Source: a virus. Taken from it: a DNA stretch of 64,000 bases. The notes beneath the pieces were generated by a model. That model was given only the letters and a program-made list of their open reading frames with translations. It ran no database searches and was not told the DNA's origin. The position numbers and the translations under genes were made by a program. Positions 1-9,187 of this stretch are shown here, one piece after another. The stretch spans positions 1-64,000 of the IMG/VR virus record IMGVR_UViG_3300044631_002183. One strand, 5' to 3'. Positions within the stretch are counted from its first letter, which is position 1; the number at the start of each line of letters is the position of its first letter.

Positions 1-2
1 CG

Positions 3-116
3 GCTGATTTACTCTGTGCCCAAAAAGATGGATTCTCTAACATAGAAAATAAATATTTTGATTACAGAGGAAACTTCCAAGAAAGTTATAAACAACATGT
101 AGAAAAATTTTTGTGA
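3..116 (+). CDS. 3' end of a gene entering the window; possible GT25-like glycosyltransferase C-terminus
   Basis: Frame 3 is open from the window edge (ADLLCAQKDGFSNIENKYFDY...EKFL) to TGA at 114-116. Q-x2-GFSNIE resembles the Q..G(Y/F)SDI tail of GT25-type enzymes. Only 37 aa are visible. Confidence 0.35.
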   Translation, partial: ADLLCAQKDGFSNIENKYFDYRGNFQESYKQHVEKFL

Positions 117-147
117 TTCTTTTTTAATTTTATATAATATAAGCAAT

Positions 148-375
148 ATGGATAAAACAATTTCAGTAGACTACACGATTAATGAAGCTCAGGTTATGCT
201 AGAGATTATTGACATTGCAGTAAGAGCCAGAGGCGTTGCTGCCGCTGAGGCTGGTTTGGTTTTGACGAAGAAGATCGAAAATAAATTAAAAGCCGTTCTT
301 CCCGCGCCCGCGCAGGAGCCCGCGCAAGCGCCCGCGACAGAGAATCTTTTCGCGCCACATATTATTAAGCCTTAA
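148..375 (+). CDS. small hypothetical protein (75 aa), possibly a tail-fibre-associated chaperone
   Basis: ATG ORF with an amphipathic helical core (EAQVMLEIIDIAVRARGVAAAE) and a Pro/Ala tail; lies just upstream of the LamG array. Confidence 0.5.
   Translation: MDKTISVDYTINEAQVMLEIIDIAVRARGVAAAEAGLVLTKKIENKLKAVLPAPAQEPAQAPATENLFAPHIIKP
301..336 (+). repeat. CCCGCG (Pro-Ala) repeat, 4 copies, in a GC-rich patch
   Basis: cccgcg cccgcg caggag cccgcg caagcg cccgcg, encoding PAPAQEPAQAPA in otherwise AT-rich DNA. Confidence 0.75.
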
Positions 376-386
376 GTTTTTTTAAG

Positions 387-392
387 GTGTAA
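387..392 (+). promoter_or_regulatory. GTGTAA motif, putative late promoter element
   Basis: Lies in a 25-nt intergenic gap, 8 nt before ATG 401; the same hexamer precedes six other virion genes. Confidence 0.55.
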
Positions 393-400
393 GTATATGT

Positions 401-1675
401 ATGTCCGTTCAGCATGCCAATAGAGGATTAGTAAAGAAAGATTTGCAGTTATATTATAACCGTGAATTTGCAAAAAGCTTTAGGGGAGAAGCGACTACAA
501 ATATAGTATCAAATACTACTGATTTTTCTGGACTTTCATATGCCGGTTACAGCACTGAATGGACGAGCGATCCTACTAGATTTACTAAATCTTATAATGC
601 TGCATTACAAACTCCAATAGGAACTGGAGCAACATTATTAACAGAATCTGGAACTGCTGGATATCATCATTTGAGTCGTTTCGGAGGGGGAGAAACTGGA
701 GGGCATAGCATCTCTTGTTATGTGTATCCAGTCAATGGAAGTATTACTAATTTTGCCATTGGAATGTTAGGAGATTCTGGCAGCACTGCAATATTTAATT
801 TAGTAACTGGCACGGTTGTATCTACTGGGGCTTCAGTGACAAATGCTTTTGTAACAAGAGTATCTGGTTGGCTAGGATGGTATCGTGTTGGGGCTAATAT
901 AGGCGGCAGAACGGGCGGCTGGGTTGGAGCGGTTGGTTTGGATGTTCAAACATCTTATACTCCATCTTTGCCTTATAAATCAATGTATGTTACAGGAATG
1001 CAATATGAATATAAAACGTATTGTACGCCATTTGTTATTGGCTCTAATAGATCTGCTAATACTGTGGCTGCTGGTGGTGGTTTATTAGATATAAGTGGAA
1101 ATAATTATAATATTGATTTAAACGGAGCTAATGTTTTGTTTGACAGTGGTGGATATTATTTTAATGGAAATACAGCAGGACCATATATTACTCCTGTATC
1201 TAATTCTACTTTAGATTCTTTAAGTAATAATACTCATACTTATGAAGTGTGGTTTAAATTATTAGGAACTCCTGCTGGATTATATGATGGTTATTTTTTT
1301 GGTAGATCAGGATTTCATGAAGGATTCACTCATTTAAAATCTTCTTCTAATGTTATTTATGTAATTACTTGGTATTTTGACAATACAAATGCGGCGTTGG
1401 GGACTACTCTTTCATTGAATACTTGGTATCATGGAGTATACGTTGCTAATGTGGAAACTGCAACTAGACAATTATATATAAATGGATCGCTAGTAGATAG
1501 TAATACTTTGACAAAGCAATTAAGACAATACACTTCTGCATATTATATTGGCGCAGCGAGTGTGGATTACGCTAGTAATAGCATTGTCTCTAGCGCAAGA
1601 GCTTATAATCGCGCATTAACTGCCGCAGAAGTATTGCAAAATTTCAATGCAACCCGTAAAACTTATGGTGTATAA
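401..1675 (+). CDS. LamG/concanavalin-A-like jelly-roll virion protein with inserted domain (paralogue 1)
   Basis: TYEVWFK, NTWYHGVYV, LYINGSL and C-terminal YNRALTAAEVLQNFNATRKTYGV are typical of LamG_3 domains. Confidence 0.75.
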   Translation: MSVQHANRGLVKKDLQLYYNREFAKSFRGEATTNIVSNTTDFSGLSYAGYSTEWTSDPTRFTKSYNAALQTPIGTGATLLTESGTAGYHHLSRFGGGETGGHSISCYVYPVNGSITNFAIGMLGDSGSTAIFNLVTGTVVSTGASVTNAFVTRVSGWLGWYRVGANIGGRTGGWVGAVGLDVQTSYTPSLPYKSMYVTGMQYEYKTYCTPFVIGSNRSANTVAAGGGLLDISGNNYNIDLNGANVLFDSGGYYFNGNTAGPYITPVSNSTLDSLSNNTHTYEVWFKLLGTPAGLYDGYFFGRSGFHEGFTHLKSSSNVIYVITWYFDNTNAALGTTLSLNTWYHGVYVANVETATRQLYINGSLVDSNTLTKQLRQYTSAYYIGAASVDYASNSIVSSARAYNRALTAAEVLQNFNATRKTYGV

Positions 1676-1678
1676 AAT

Positions 1679-2848
1679 ATGAGTACAGTAAATAATGGGC
1701 CGCAAATAGTTAGGAGTGGATTGGTTTTAAATTTAGACGCTGGTAATGGCAAAAGCTACTCTACTAATAGATTTCAATCTTTAGGAAGTGGAACCGTCAC
1801 TGAAAATGTTACTTTCCCTCTTCAAGGCACAGGAACTTTTCAAAGAGTTGCATCTGGAACTGTAATTGGCGGTTATACTGTAAGGCCAAATGATGTTGTA
1901 TATAGTTATGCTTTAGGAGTGCTGGGGTGTCATTATCATGGAAATTCTGCACCAATAGTTGCAGGGACTTATGCTACATTTAGTTTTGATTATTTAGTTA
2001 CTGGAGCAACGACTTATCCAATTACAAATTATCTTGCTAATTTTGAAGGTGTTGCCAGTGGAAATACCACTGCGCCGAATTCATTGCAAAATGTTTGGCA
2101 ACGCAGGAGTTTTACAAGTGCTATTATAAGTACTAGTGGAAATATGAATATGTATTTGTATCCCGGTGCATGTGGATCTGCAAGATTAGCCGACTCTGGT
2201 ACAATTTATTATAGAAATCCAAAAGTAGAAATAACAAATGTTGATACTGGAAATAGTACATTCAGCGCAACAAGTAATATAGGGTTGTGGTATGATTTAA
2301 GTGGCAATGGACGCAATGGAACATTAACAAATAGTCCTACATCTAATGTATCTAATAAAGGAAATATTTTATTTGATGGATCTACGCAATACGTTACTAC
2401 TAGCAATATTGCTTTATCATTTACTACATTTTCAATGGAGTGTTTAGTGAAGTATACTTCATTATCAGGAAACCAAGGATTATTTACTTATAATAATAGT
2501 AATTTTATAAATTTATGGAAAGGAAGCGGAGTTGGAATGAGATGGGAGGTCAATAGTGGCGGACAGGCTATAACTGGAGCAAATGATTTAGCTACAGGTG
2601 TTTGGTATCATTTTGTAGGAGTTTATAATGGTTCTCAAGGAATTTTATATAGAAATGGAATTGTGTACGCTGGTCCAACTGCATTAACATCTCATACAAG
2701 TGAATCTGCGGTTTTTGAAATCGGAAGATATAATGGCGCGGGAAATACAAATGGAAATATAGCTATTGCTAGATTTTATACTAGAGCGTTAACTGCATCA
2801 GAAGTTGTTCAAAATTACGAAGCAACAAAAACAAGATTCGGATTATAA
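1679..2848 (+). CDS. LamG-like virion protein (paralogue 2)
   Basis: GPQIVRSGLVLNLDA ... WYDLSGNGRNGTL ... WYHFVGVYNG ... RALTASEVVQNYEATKTRFGL. Confidence 0.78.
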   Translation: MSTVNNGPQIVRSGLVLNLDAGNGKSYSTNRFQSLGSGTVTENVTFPLQGTGTFQRVASGTVIGGYTVRPNDVVYSYALGVLGCHYHGNSAPIVAGTYATFSFDYLVTGATTYPITNYLANFEGVASGNTTAPNSLQNVWQRRSFTSAIISTSGNMNMYLYPGACGSARLADSGTIYYRNPKVEITNVDTGNSTFSATSNIGLWYDLSGNGRNGTLTNSPTSNVSNKGNILFDGSTQYVTTSNIALSFTTFSMECLVKYTSLSGNQGLFTYNNSNFINLWKGSGVGMRWEVNSGGQAITGANDLATGVWYHFVGVYNGSQGILYRNGIVYAGPTALTSHTSESAVFEIGRYNGAGNTNGNIAIARFYTRALTASEVVQNYEATKTRFGL

Positions 2849-2863
2849 TTATAAAGGAATAAA

Positions 2864-4966
2864 ATGCTACAATATAGCCCAAAAATAGTTACTGACTCTT
2901 TAGTGATGTGTTTAGATCCATCACAAAATAAATCATATCCAACAACAGATTTGCCAGTCAAAGGCGGATTGGCGTTATGGTTAGATGCATCTGATGATTC
3001 AACTTTTAGTTATAGTTCAGGTACAAGTGTTAGTCAATGGAGAGATAAAAGTGGAAACAATAGACATTTTTTTCAAGCCACTGCTGGTAATCAGCCATCA
3101 AGAAGCGCAGTTGTAAATAGTAGAAAAGCAATTCAATTTACTGCCGCATCTAGTCAATATTTAAGATACAATAGTAAAATAATTAACAATACCACTGGTG
3201 GATCTGTTTTTGTAGCTTGGAGGACCGCTGGAGAAACTGGAGCTTACTCTTCTATTTTAGATAATTATCACTGCGGATCTAATGCTTTGGGAGCAGGATT
3301 TCAAATAGAAAGAAATGTTACTAATAATCAATATTATTGGGGGTTTCAAACATCTGGGTGTTCTAATGCTGGTTTTATACCAGCCACATCTTATAGTAAT
3401 GATACTACAAATTCTGTATGGATCACTAAAGATTCTACAACTATAACTGGTGGACTAAATGGAACTTCTGTAACGCCATCATCTTCTCCAAGTGCAACAT
3501 GGATAGAAGACGACAAAGGCTGGACAATAGGAGCTTGGGGAGGAGGTACAGAGTCTTTTGGAAGATTTTTTAATGGAATTAATTGTGAAGTTATTATTTT
3601 TAATCGTGGACTTTCGCCTACAGAAGTTAAACAAATAAACACATATCTTGGACAAAAATGGGGTATATCTAATACTGATAGAAGTATAGTTGATTTGAGT
3701 GGATTTGATGATAATGGACTATTAGGAGACGGCACAACAGCTAATATGCCAGCTTTTGATTATTACAATAAAGGGTCATTAAAATTTGATGGCAGCAATG
3801 ACTATATTAATATCGGAAACCCAAGTTCTGTTAATTTTGGAAATGGAGATTTTACAATTGAAATGTGGATGACAAGAAACACAAATGCAACTACAAATTT
3901 AAGAGTATTAGGTAAAGGTGCAGAATCTGATGTGGCAGGATCAGCAGGTTATGCTTTTTTTGGAAGCGATGGCGGAATTAATTTTGGTGTAAATCCGGGG
4001 GCAGCGAGAACTATTATTAGTGCTGCAACTTATTCTTTAGGAGAATGGTTTCATGTCGTTGGAGTCGTCCAAAGAGGCTCAACGATGAGAACGTATAAAA
4101 ATGGTGTATTAGTTTCGTCTGCTGCTGCTCCTACAGGCTCCGTATCTAATGCAAGTATTAATTTAAATATAGGAAGAAGTACTGAGTCTGCTAGTTTATA
4201 TTGGCCGGGAAATATCGCTATTGTTAGAATGTATAATAAAGCTTTATCTGTTAACGAAGTATTGCAAAATTATGAAGCTCAAAAGACTAGATTTATAAAT
4301 TATATTGCAACTAATGGACTAGTCTTAAATCTTGATGCTGGTAATATATATAGTTATGCTGGAGCAGGTACGGTTTGGTATGATGTTAGTGGAAATAGTT
4401 ACAATGGAACTTTGATAGGATCTCCATCTTATACTTCTACTAACAATGGTGGAATTATCTTTGATTCAAATGCTAAGTATGGCACATTGCCTACAAGTGG
4501 ACTTGCATTTGGAACTGGGCAATTCGCAATAGAAGCTTGGGTATTTTCTACAGCAGCAGTAACTAATAATGTTATTTATGCATCGCAATCATCTAATGTC
4601 GCTGGATTTATTGCTTTATATTATCCAAATGGATCTGGATTTGCTCTAACTGATTTTAATGCGGTAGGAGTAAGAACAACGACAACACATCAAACTGCTG
4701 TATCGCAAAATACTTGGTATCATGTAGTTGGCATACGAAACGCATCAAATCAATATATAGTTTATGTAAATGGAGTAGTTTCTACTACTAATGCTACATC
4801 CAGTGCAACATTATCTGCTTCTGCTCCTCAAATAGCATCTAATCCAGCGACTACAGGAGAAAGATTCACTGGCACTATGGGAAGTTTAAGACTATATAAC
4901 ACTTCATTATCTGCCGCTCAAGTTTTACAAAATTACAACGCTACAAAAGGTAGATTTGGATTATAA
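2864..4966 (+). CDS. triple LamG-like virion protein (paralogue 3)
   Basis: One LamG unit (LALWLDASD...YLGQKWGI) is nested inside a second, followed by a third unit ending QNYNATKGRFGL. AAGGA SD upstream. Confidence 0.78.
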   Translation: MLQYSPKIVTDSLVMCLDPSQNKSYPTTDLPVKGGLALWLDASDDSTFSYSSGTSVSQWRDKSGNNRHFFQATAGNQPSRSAVVNSRKAIQFTAASSQYLRYNSKIINNTTGGSVFVAWRTAGETGAYSSILDNYHCGSNALGAGFQIERNVTNNQYYWGFQTSGCSNAGFIPATSYSNDTTNSVWITKDSTTITGGLNGTSVTPSSSPSATWIEDDKGWTIGAWGGGTESFGRFFNGINCEVIIFNRGLSPTEVKQINTYLGQKWGISNTDRSIVDLSGFDDNGLLGDGTTANMPAFDYYNKGSLKFDGSNDYINIGNPSSVNFGNGDFTIEMWMTRNTNATTNLRVLGKGAESDVAGSAGYAFFGSDGGINFGVNPGAARTIISAATYSLGEWFHVVGVVQRGSTMRTYKNGVLVSSAAAPTGSVSNASINLNIGRSTESASLYWPGNIAIVRMYNKALSVNEVLQNYEAQKTRFINYIATNGLVLNLDAGNIYSYAGAGTVWYDVSGNSYNGTLIGSPSYTSTNNGGIIFDSNAKYGTLPTSGLAFGTGQFAIEAWVFSTAAVTNNVIYASQSSNVAGFIALYYPNGSGFALTDFNAVGVRTTTTHQTAVSQNTWYHVVGIRNASNQYIVYVNGVVSTTNATSSATLSASAPQIASNPATTGERFTGTMGSLRLYNTSLSAAQVLQNYNATKGRFGL

Positions 4967-4967
4967 A

Positions 4968-4973
4968 GTGTAA
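4968..4973 (+). promoter_or_regulatory. GTGTAA motif, putative late promoter element
   Basis: In the 19-nt gap between paralogues 3 and 4, 12 nt before ATG 4986. Confidence 0.55.
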
Positions 4974-4985
4974 AAATAATAACAA

Positions 4986-6362
4986 ATGCAATACGGCCCC
5001 AAAATAGTAACTAATGGACTCGTTCTTGCTTTAGACGCTTCAGACAGGAATAGCTGTTTGCCTAATTCATTAATAAATATGAATAATTGGACAGTCGGGA
5101 CTGGAGGGGTAACTAATTACAATCAAAATGGAAACCCTTCAACAGAAAATGAAAGATTTGCCGCCGCAAACCCTTGGGGTCATACAGGAATAATTTGGGG
5201 AAGTTTTCCTTCAGGAAATGGAAATGATGATGGTGGATGGAATACAGATTGGTTCAATATAGATAACACAAAATTATATAGATTCAGCGTTTGGGTTAAA
5301 AGAACTAGTTCTACATCTGGCGGCACATTTTATCTTGGTATGTACGCTAATGGTGACGGATCAAGAAGAATGGATAATAGCGCAGTAGAAGGAAATGCTT
5401 ATTGGAGTTGCATCGGCACTGGTGGATTAACTCAAGATGTTTGGTATTTATATGTTGGACATGTATATCCATTTAGTACTTCTTACACTGGACGACATCC
5501 TGACACTGGCTATTATTTTGCAAATAATCCAACTAAGCAAGGAGACGTTAATGGATGCAACATAGGCACTGGAGATCTAAAATGGTCAAGCAATTCTACT
5601 CAAGGAATTCATAGAACATATCATTATTACTGCGGCGATTCTACTACAAGATTACAATTTTATGATCCAAGAGTAGATTTAATAGATGGAAAGCAACCAA
5701 GCATAGCAGAATTGGTAAGTAGATCTCCAATCCAATGGAAAGATTTAAGCGGTAATAATTATAATCTTACTTTAAGCCATCCTAGCGTATTCACAACGCA
5801 TAGTAATGTTCGTTGTATGAATTTTGAAAATGGCATTGCTAAATATTTGCCGGGAGGAAATCTAACTGATTTACCTGTATATTCAAATATTACAATATGT
5901 ATGTATTCTACTATTAAACCAGCTAATGGAAATTGGAAAACATTATGGAGGAGTATTAGTGGAGATCATCAAATAATTATTTCGGCAACCGATGGAATAT
6001 CATTAGGAATGTATGATAATGATGGGGCTGGATTTTTGGATACTGGATTTGATGTAAATACATTATCAAATTATACTACTCAATTTCATTTTTATGTTTG
6101 GAAGCTTTCTTCTACAAGTCCATATTATCAATTTTATTATGATGGTAATTTATCCACTTCATCTGGTACTCTAACTAATGTTAACGCAGCATTAACTAGA
6201 GGAACTGCTTGCATAGGCGCATTTCATAATGGAACATCTACTCCAACTGATTTTGGTCAAGAATGGGGCAGAATTTCTAATTTCTATTATTATAATAGAC
6301 ATTTATCAGAAGCAGAGTTGCAGCAAATTTATAGAGCAGCTAAATCAAGGTTTGGATTATAA
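4986..6362 (+). CDS. LamG-like virion protein with inserted carbohydrate-binding-like domain (paralogue 4)
   Basis: YGPKIVTNGLVLALDA, a Trp/Tyr-rich insert (YRFSVWVK, WYLYVGHV), WKDLSGNN, C-terminal KSRFGL. Confidence 0.75.
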   Translation: MQYGPKIVTNGLVLALDASDRNSCLPNSLINMNNWTVGTGGVTNYNQNGNPSTENERFAAANPWGHTGIIWGSFPSGNGNDDGGWNTDWFNIDNTKLYRFSVWVKRTSSTSGGTFYLGMYANGDGSRRMDNSAVEGNAYWSCIGTGGLTQDVWYLYVGHVYPFSTSYTGRHPDTGYYFANNPTKQGDVNGCNIGTGDLKWSSNSTQGIHRTYHYYCGDSTTRLQFYDPRVDLIDGKQPSIAELVSRSPIQWKDLSGNNYNLTLSHPSVFTTHSNVRCMNFENGIAKYLPGGNLTDLPVYSNITICMYSTIKPANGNWKTLWRSISGDHQIIISATDGISLGMYDNDGAGFLDTGFDVNTLSNYTTQFHFYVWKLSSTSPYYQFYYDGNLSTSSGTLTNVNAALTRGTACIGAFHNGTSTPTDFGQEWGRISNFYYYNRHLSEAELQQIYRAAKSRFGL

Positions 6363-6366
6363 TATT

Positions 6367-7044
6367 ATGGCAGCATCACTAGGACCAAGTATAAATGAAG
6401 AAGGATTAGTATTAGCGCTTGATGCGGCTGATAGAAATAGTTATATTGGCAGCGGAACCTCTTGGAGAGATTTGAGTGGTAATTCTTATAATGGCACATT
6501 AACTAACGGACCAACATTTAATAGTAGCAACGGAGGAAGCATAGTATTTGATGGCACCGATGATAACGTTCAGTTGGGTAACGCATCCAATTTTATTTCT
6601 GCCGATGCTATAACTGTAAATTGCTGGATTAAAACAAATGTAACCGAAGTTTATAAAAAAATATTTGTTACAGTAACGGCTGGCACACAATCAATAACAG
6701 GCGTTTATTTTTCTTTAGGCCCATCTCCTTATAATTACTATTTTGGTATTAATGGTGTTCAACAAGCAACATCCACCTCCAATCTATCAACAACACAATA
6801 TAATAACATATGTGGCACATATGATAAATCAAATATCAAATTGTATTTAAATGGTGTTTTGTTAGCAACCACAGCTTATACCACAAGTATAAGTACAAGT
6901 GGCATAGGAAGAATATCAGGATATGACAATGGTGGTGAAATTTGGAATGGTAACATATCATCTGTTATGATATACAACAGAGCATTAACCGCAACTGAAG
7001 TATTGCAAAACTACAACGCTACTAAATCAAGATTTGGATTATAA
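6367..7044 (+). CDS. single-domain LamG-like virion protein (paralogue 5)
   Basis: Start moved from 6229 to ATG 6367 (MAASLGP...), which matches paralogue N-termini and removes the overlap. Ends YNRALTATEVLQNYNATKSRFGL. Confidence 0.78.
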   Translation: MAASLGPSINEEGLVLALDAADRNSYIGSGTSWRDLSGNSYNGTLTNGPTFNSSNGGSIVFDGTDDNVQLGNASNFISADAITVNCWIKTNVTEVYKKIFVTVTAGTQSITGVYFSLGPSPYNYYFGINGVQQATSTSNLSTTQYNNICGTYDKSNIKLYLNGVLLATTAYTTSISTSGIGRISGYDNGGEIWNGNISSVMIYNRALTATEVLQNYNATKSRFGL

Positions 7045-7132
7045 TTATAACATATGGCAATATATAGAGGACCAAACATAGTTAGAAATGGATTAGTATT
7101 AGCGCTGGATGCTGCTGATAGAAATAGTTATA
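6403..7132 (+). repeat. 43-nt direct repeat pair (6403-6445 and 7090-7132), 41/43 identical
   Basis: ggattagtattagcgctKgatgcKgctgatagaaatagttata at the 5' ends of LamG paralogues 5 and 6; both mismatches are synonymous. Confidence 0.8.
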
Positions 7133-7767
7133 GTGGATCAGGAACTATTTGGAAAGACATGGTTCAAAATCTTACATTCAACTCTCAAGGAGCAACTCAA
7201 ACCCCATTTACAACAATAGGTGGATCTCCATGTTTTGATTTTAACGGTTCTGGTTATTGGGAATGCGGAACAAACTTTAATTTGGTAGATTTAGGAGGAG
7301 ATTGTACAATTATTATGTGGTTTTATTGTGAAAGCACGGCGGGAAGAACCACAATATTTGAAAAAGCAGGCACAAGTTACGCTTCATACGAACAAGAAAT
7401 TGCTGTAACTTGGGAAGTAGCCAATGATTTTAGCTATTATAGTAGATACTCACCAGCTTATGATTACGCAAGCACTGCTGCTAGTACAGTAAACGCTTGG
7501 AACATGGTTGGTATAAAAATGTCAACTGGTAAAACTGCCGCTGCTAGAACTGGATTTTATAGCAAAAATGGATCTGCATGGACATCACTTTATACATCAA
7601 GAAGTAACGTTGCGCTTGTTGCGTCAGGCGCTATAAGAATAGGTAGCGGTTATGCTGGCACTGTAACTAATGGCTACATTAGCAGTGTGCTTTGTTATAA
7701 TAAGATGCTAACTGATGCTGAAGTATTTCAGAACTATAACGCGACAAAAAGAAGATTCGGATTATGA
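7054..7767 (+). CDS. single-domain LamG-like virion protein (paralogue 6)
   Basis: GPNIVRNGLVLALDA ... YNKMLTDAEVFQNYNATKRRFGL. Confidence 0.78.
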   Translation: MAIYRGPNIVRNGLVLALDAADRNSYSGSGTIWKDMVQNLTFNSQGATQTPFTTIGGSPCFDFNGSGYWECGTNFNLVDLGGDCTIIMWFYCESTAGRTTIFEKAGTSYASYEQEIAVTWEVANDFSYYSRYSPAYDYASTAASTVNAWNMVGIKMSTGKTAAARTGFYSKNGSAWTSLYTSRSNVALVASGAIRIGSGYAGTVTNGYISSVLCYNKMLTDAEVFQNYNATKRRFGL

Positions 7768-7794
7768 CTTGCAGTGATAAATTTAGAATTTAAA

Positions 7795-7800
7795 GTGTAA
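7795..7800 (+). promoter_or_regulatory. GTGTAA motif, putative late promoter element
   Basis: Intergenic, 19 nt before ATG 7820. Confidence 0.55.
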
Positions 7801-7819
7801 ACTAGTTATATATAAATAT

Positions 7820-8707
7820 ATGAGCCCAGACATGCAACTAAAGTGGAAAATCAACCAAATGGACTGCTACCCTGAATTCAGCGGAGCAACTGATTATGTA
7901 TTTAATGTCCACTGGGATTGCTTGTCTTACTACAATGGTCCAAGCGGCGGTCCATACTACGGAAGAACTTATGGAGTAACCAGTGTCCCTTCTTCGCCGG
8001 GGCCATTTACGCCATATATTGATCTTGAAGAAACTCAAGTTTTTAGTTGGGTTTACTCAGCAATGCCTTCTGGAGATAAAGAAAAATTTGAAGAAAAAGC
8101 TGTCCAAGAAATCATAAATCAAATCAATCCCCCAATTGTCACTCCTCCTAATCCTTGGCCTACTGATGTGTTTCCAGTAATTGCTCCATCTATTACAATA
8201 CAGCCTCAATCTGGCATTTCTTTGTGGTCTGGTCAAAATATTTATGTATCATTAATGGCTGCTGGCCAACCTCTAAATTATCAATGGAGAAAAGATTCTG
8301 TTGATCTAGCTGGAGTTACTGGAGAAGGTCTAGAAATTACAAATATCCAAGTCGATCAAGCTGGTCTTTATGATGTTGTAATATCTAATTCTCTAGGATC
8401 AGTTACAAGTTCTGGATGCCAAATTTCCGTTGCTCCTCCAGTCGTTCCAGTAATATTAAATCAACCAGTAGGAGGAGAAGCCACCACTGGATCTTCGTTT
8501 ATATTTAATGTGATGGCGACAGGATATCCATCTCCATCTTATCAATGGACTTTTAATGGATCTGAAATCTCTGGAGCCATATGGCCAGGGTATAATCTTG
8601 TAAATGTACAAGAGAATCAAGCCGGAGATTATGCAGTTAAAGTATACAATACTGCTGGAGAAGTTCTAAGCAGTGTTGCTCATTTGGATGTCATTATTCC
8701 AATTTGA
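7820..8707 (+). CDS. virion accessory protein: small phage N-terminal domain plus two immunoglobulin-like domains
   Basis: N-terminal W.I.QMDCYP...VFNVHW domain seen next to phage tail fibres, then two Ig repeats (PSITIQPQS...YQWRKD...AGLYDVVISNSLGSVTS; PVILNQP...YQWTFNG...AGDYAVKVYNTAG). Confidence 0.75.
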   Translation: MSPDMQLKWKINQMDCYPEFSGATDYVFNVHWDCLSYYNGPSGGPYYGRTYGVTSVPSSPGPFTPYIDLEETQVFSWVYSAMPSGDKEKFEEKAVQEIINQINPPIVTPPNPWPTDVFPVIAPSITIQPQSGISLWSGQNIYVSLMAAGQPLNYQWRKDSVDLAGVTGEGLEITNIQVDQAGLYDVVISNSLGSVTSSGCQISVAPPVVPVILNQPVGGEATTGSSFIFNVMATGYPSPSYQWTFNGSEISGAIWPGYNLVNVQENQAGDYAVKVYNTAGEVLSSVAHLDVIIPI

Positions 8708-8729
8708 TAGGCTATTCTCCTTCTGTAGA

Positions 8730-8735
8730 GTGTAA
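8730..8735 (+). promoter_or_regulatory. GTGTAA motif, putative late promoter element
   Basis: Intergenic, 8 nt before ATG 8744. Confidence 0.55.
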
Positions 8736-8743
8736 TAAAAAGC

Positions 8744-9187
8744 ATGGCTTCTTTATTGTCTGCCACGCAAAAAGCTAGTTTTGAAAAAGGAATGACAGAC
8801 CTGTTTGATACTTTCAAGCAGGATGTTGTCATTTACAAAGAAGCGAAAATAGAAGTCATTAACATCAACCAGCCAAGAATGTATGGCTATAATGAGAGAT
8901 CAGACATAGACAACATTAATTATATTCCAGTTACTGGAGTGTATCAAGCTCTTGTTACTTCTTCTAAAAAGCAAACTCAAGAAAGACTAGAGGAATCAGA
9001 AAATAGAATAGATAAAGGAGAGCTGGAAATGAAAGTCAAATCTGATGCTAATGACTTCATCCAAAATAATGGCAAAACTTTATATGTTTCTATCAATGAT
9101 TTGATGTATAAGTTTGTTACTTCGCAATCTCCAAGACCTTATATAACTTCAGAGTATTTTACTTATTATTTGGAAAGGGAAAGATAA
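8744..9187 (+). CDS. putative head-closure / head-tail joining protein
   Basis: Size (147 aa), beta-rich pattern and first position in the run leading to the major tail gene. Synteny only. Confidence 0.4.
   Translation: MASLLSATQKASFEKGMTDLFDTFKQDVVIYKEAKIEVININQPRMYGYNERSDIDNINYIPVTGVYQALVTSSKKQTQERLEESENRIDKGELEMKVKSDANDFIQNNGKTLYVSINDLMYKFVTSQSPRPYITSEYFTYYLERER

Noticed and set aside
6229-6366. N-terminal extension of LamG paralogue 5 in the ORF track
   Set aside because: It overlaps paralogue 4 out of frame; the family-type N-terminus starts at ATG 6367.
401-7767. Diversity-generating retroelement acting on the LamG array
   Set aside because: No reverse transcriptase in the window, and no long near-identical pair differing only at adenines; the 43-nt repeat differs by synonymous G/T changes.
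7811-7818. T4-type late promoter TATAAATA
   Set aside because: A single intergenic occurrence in very AT-rich DNA, abutting the start codon; GTGTAA is the recurring motif.
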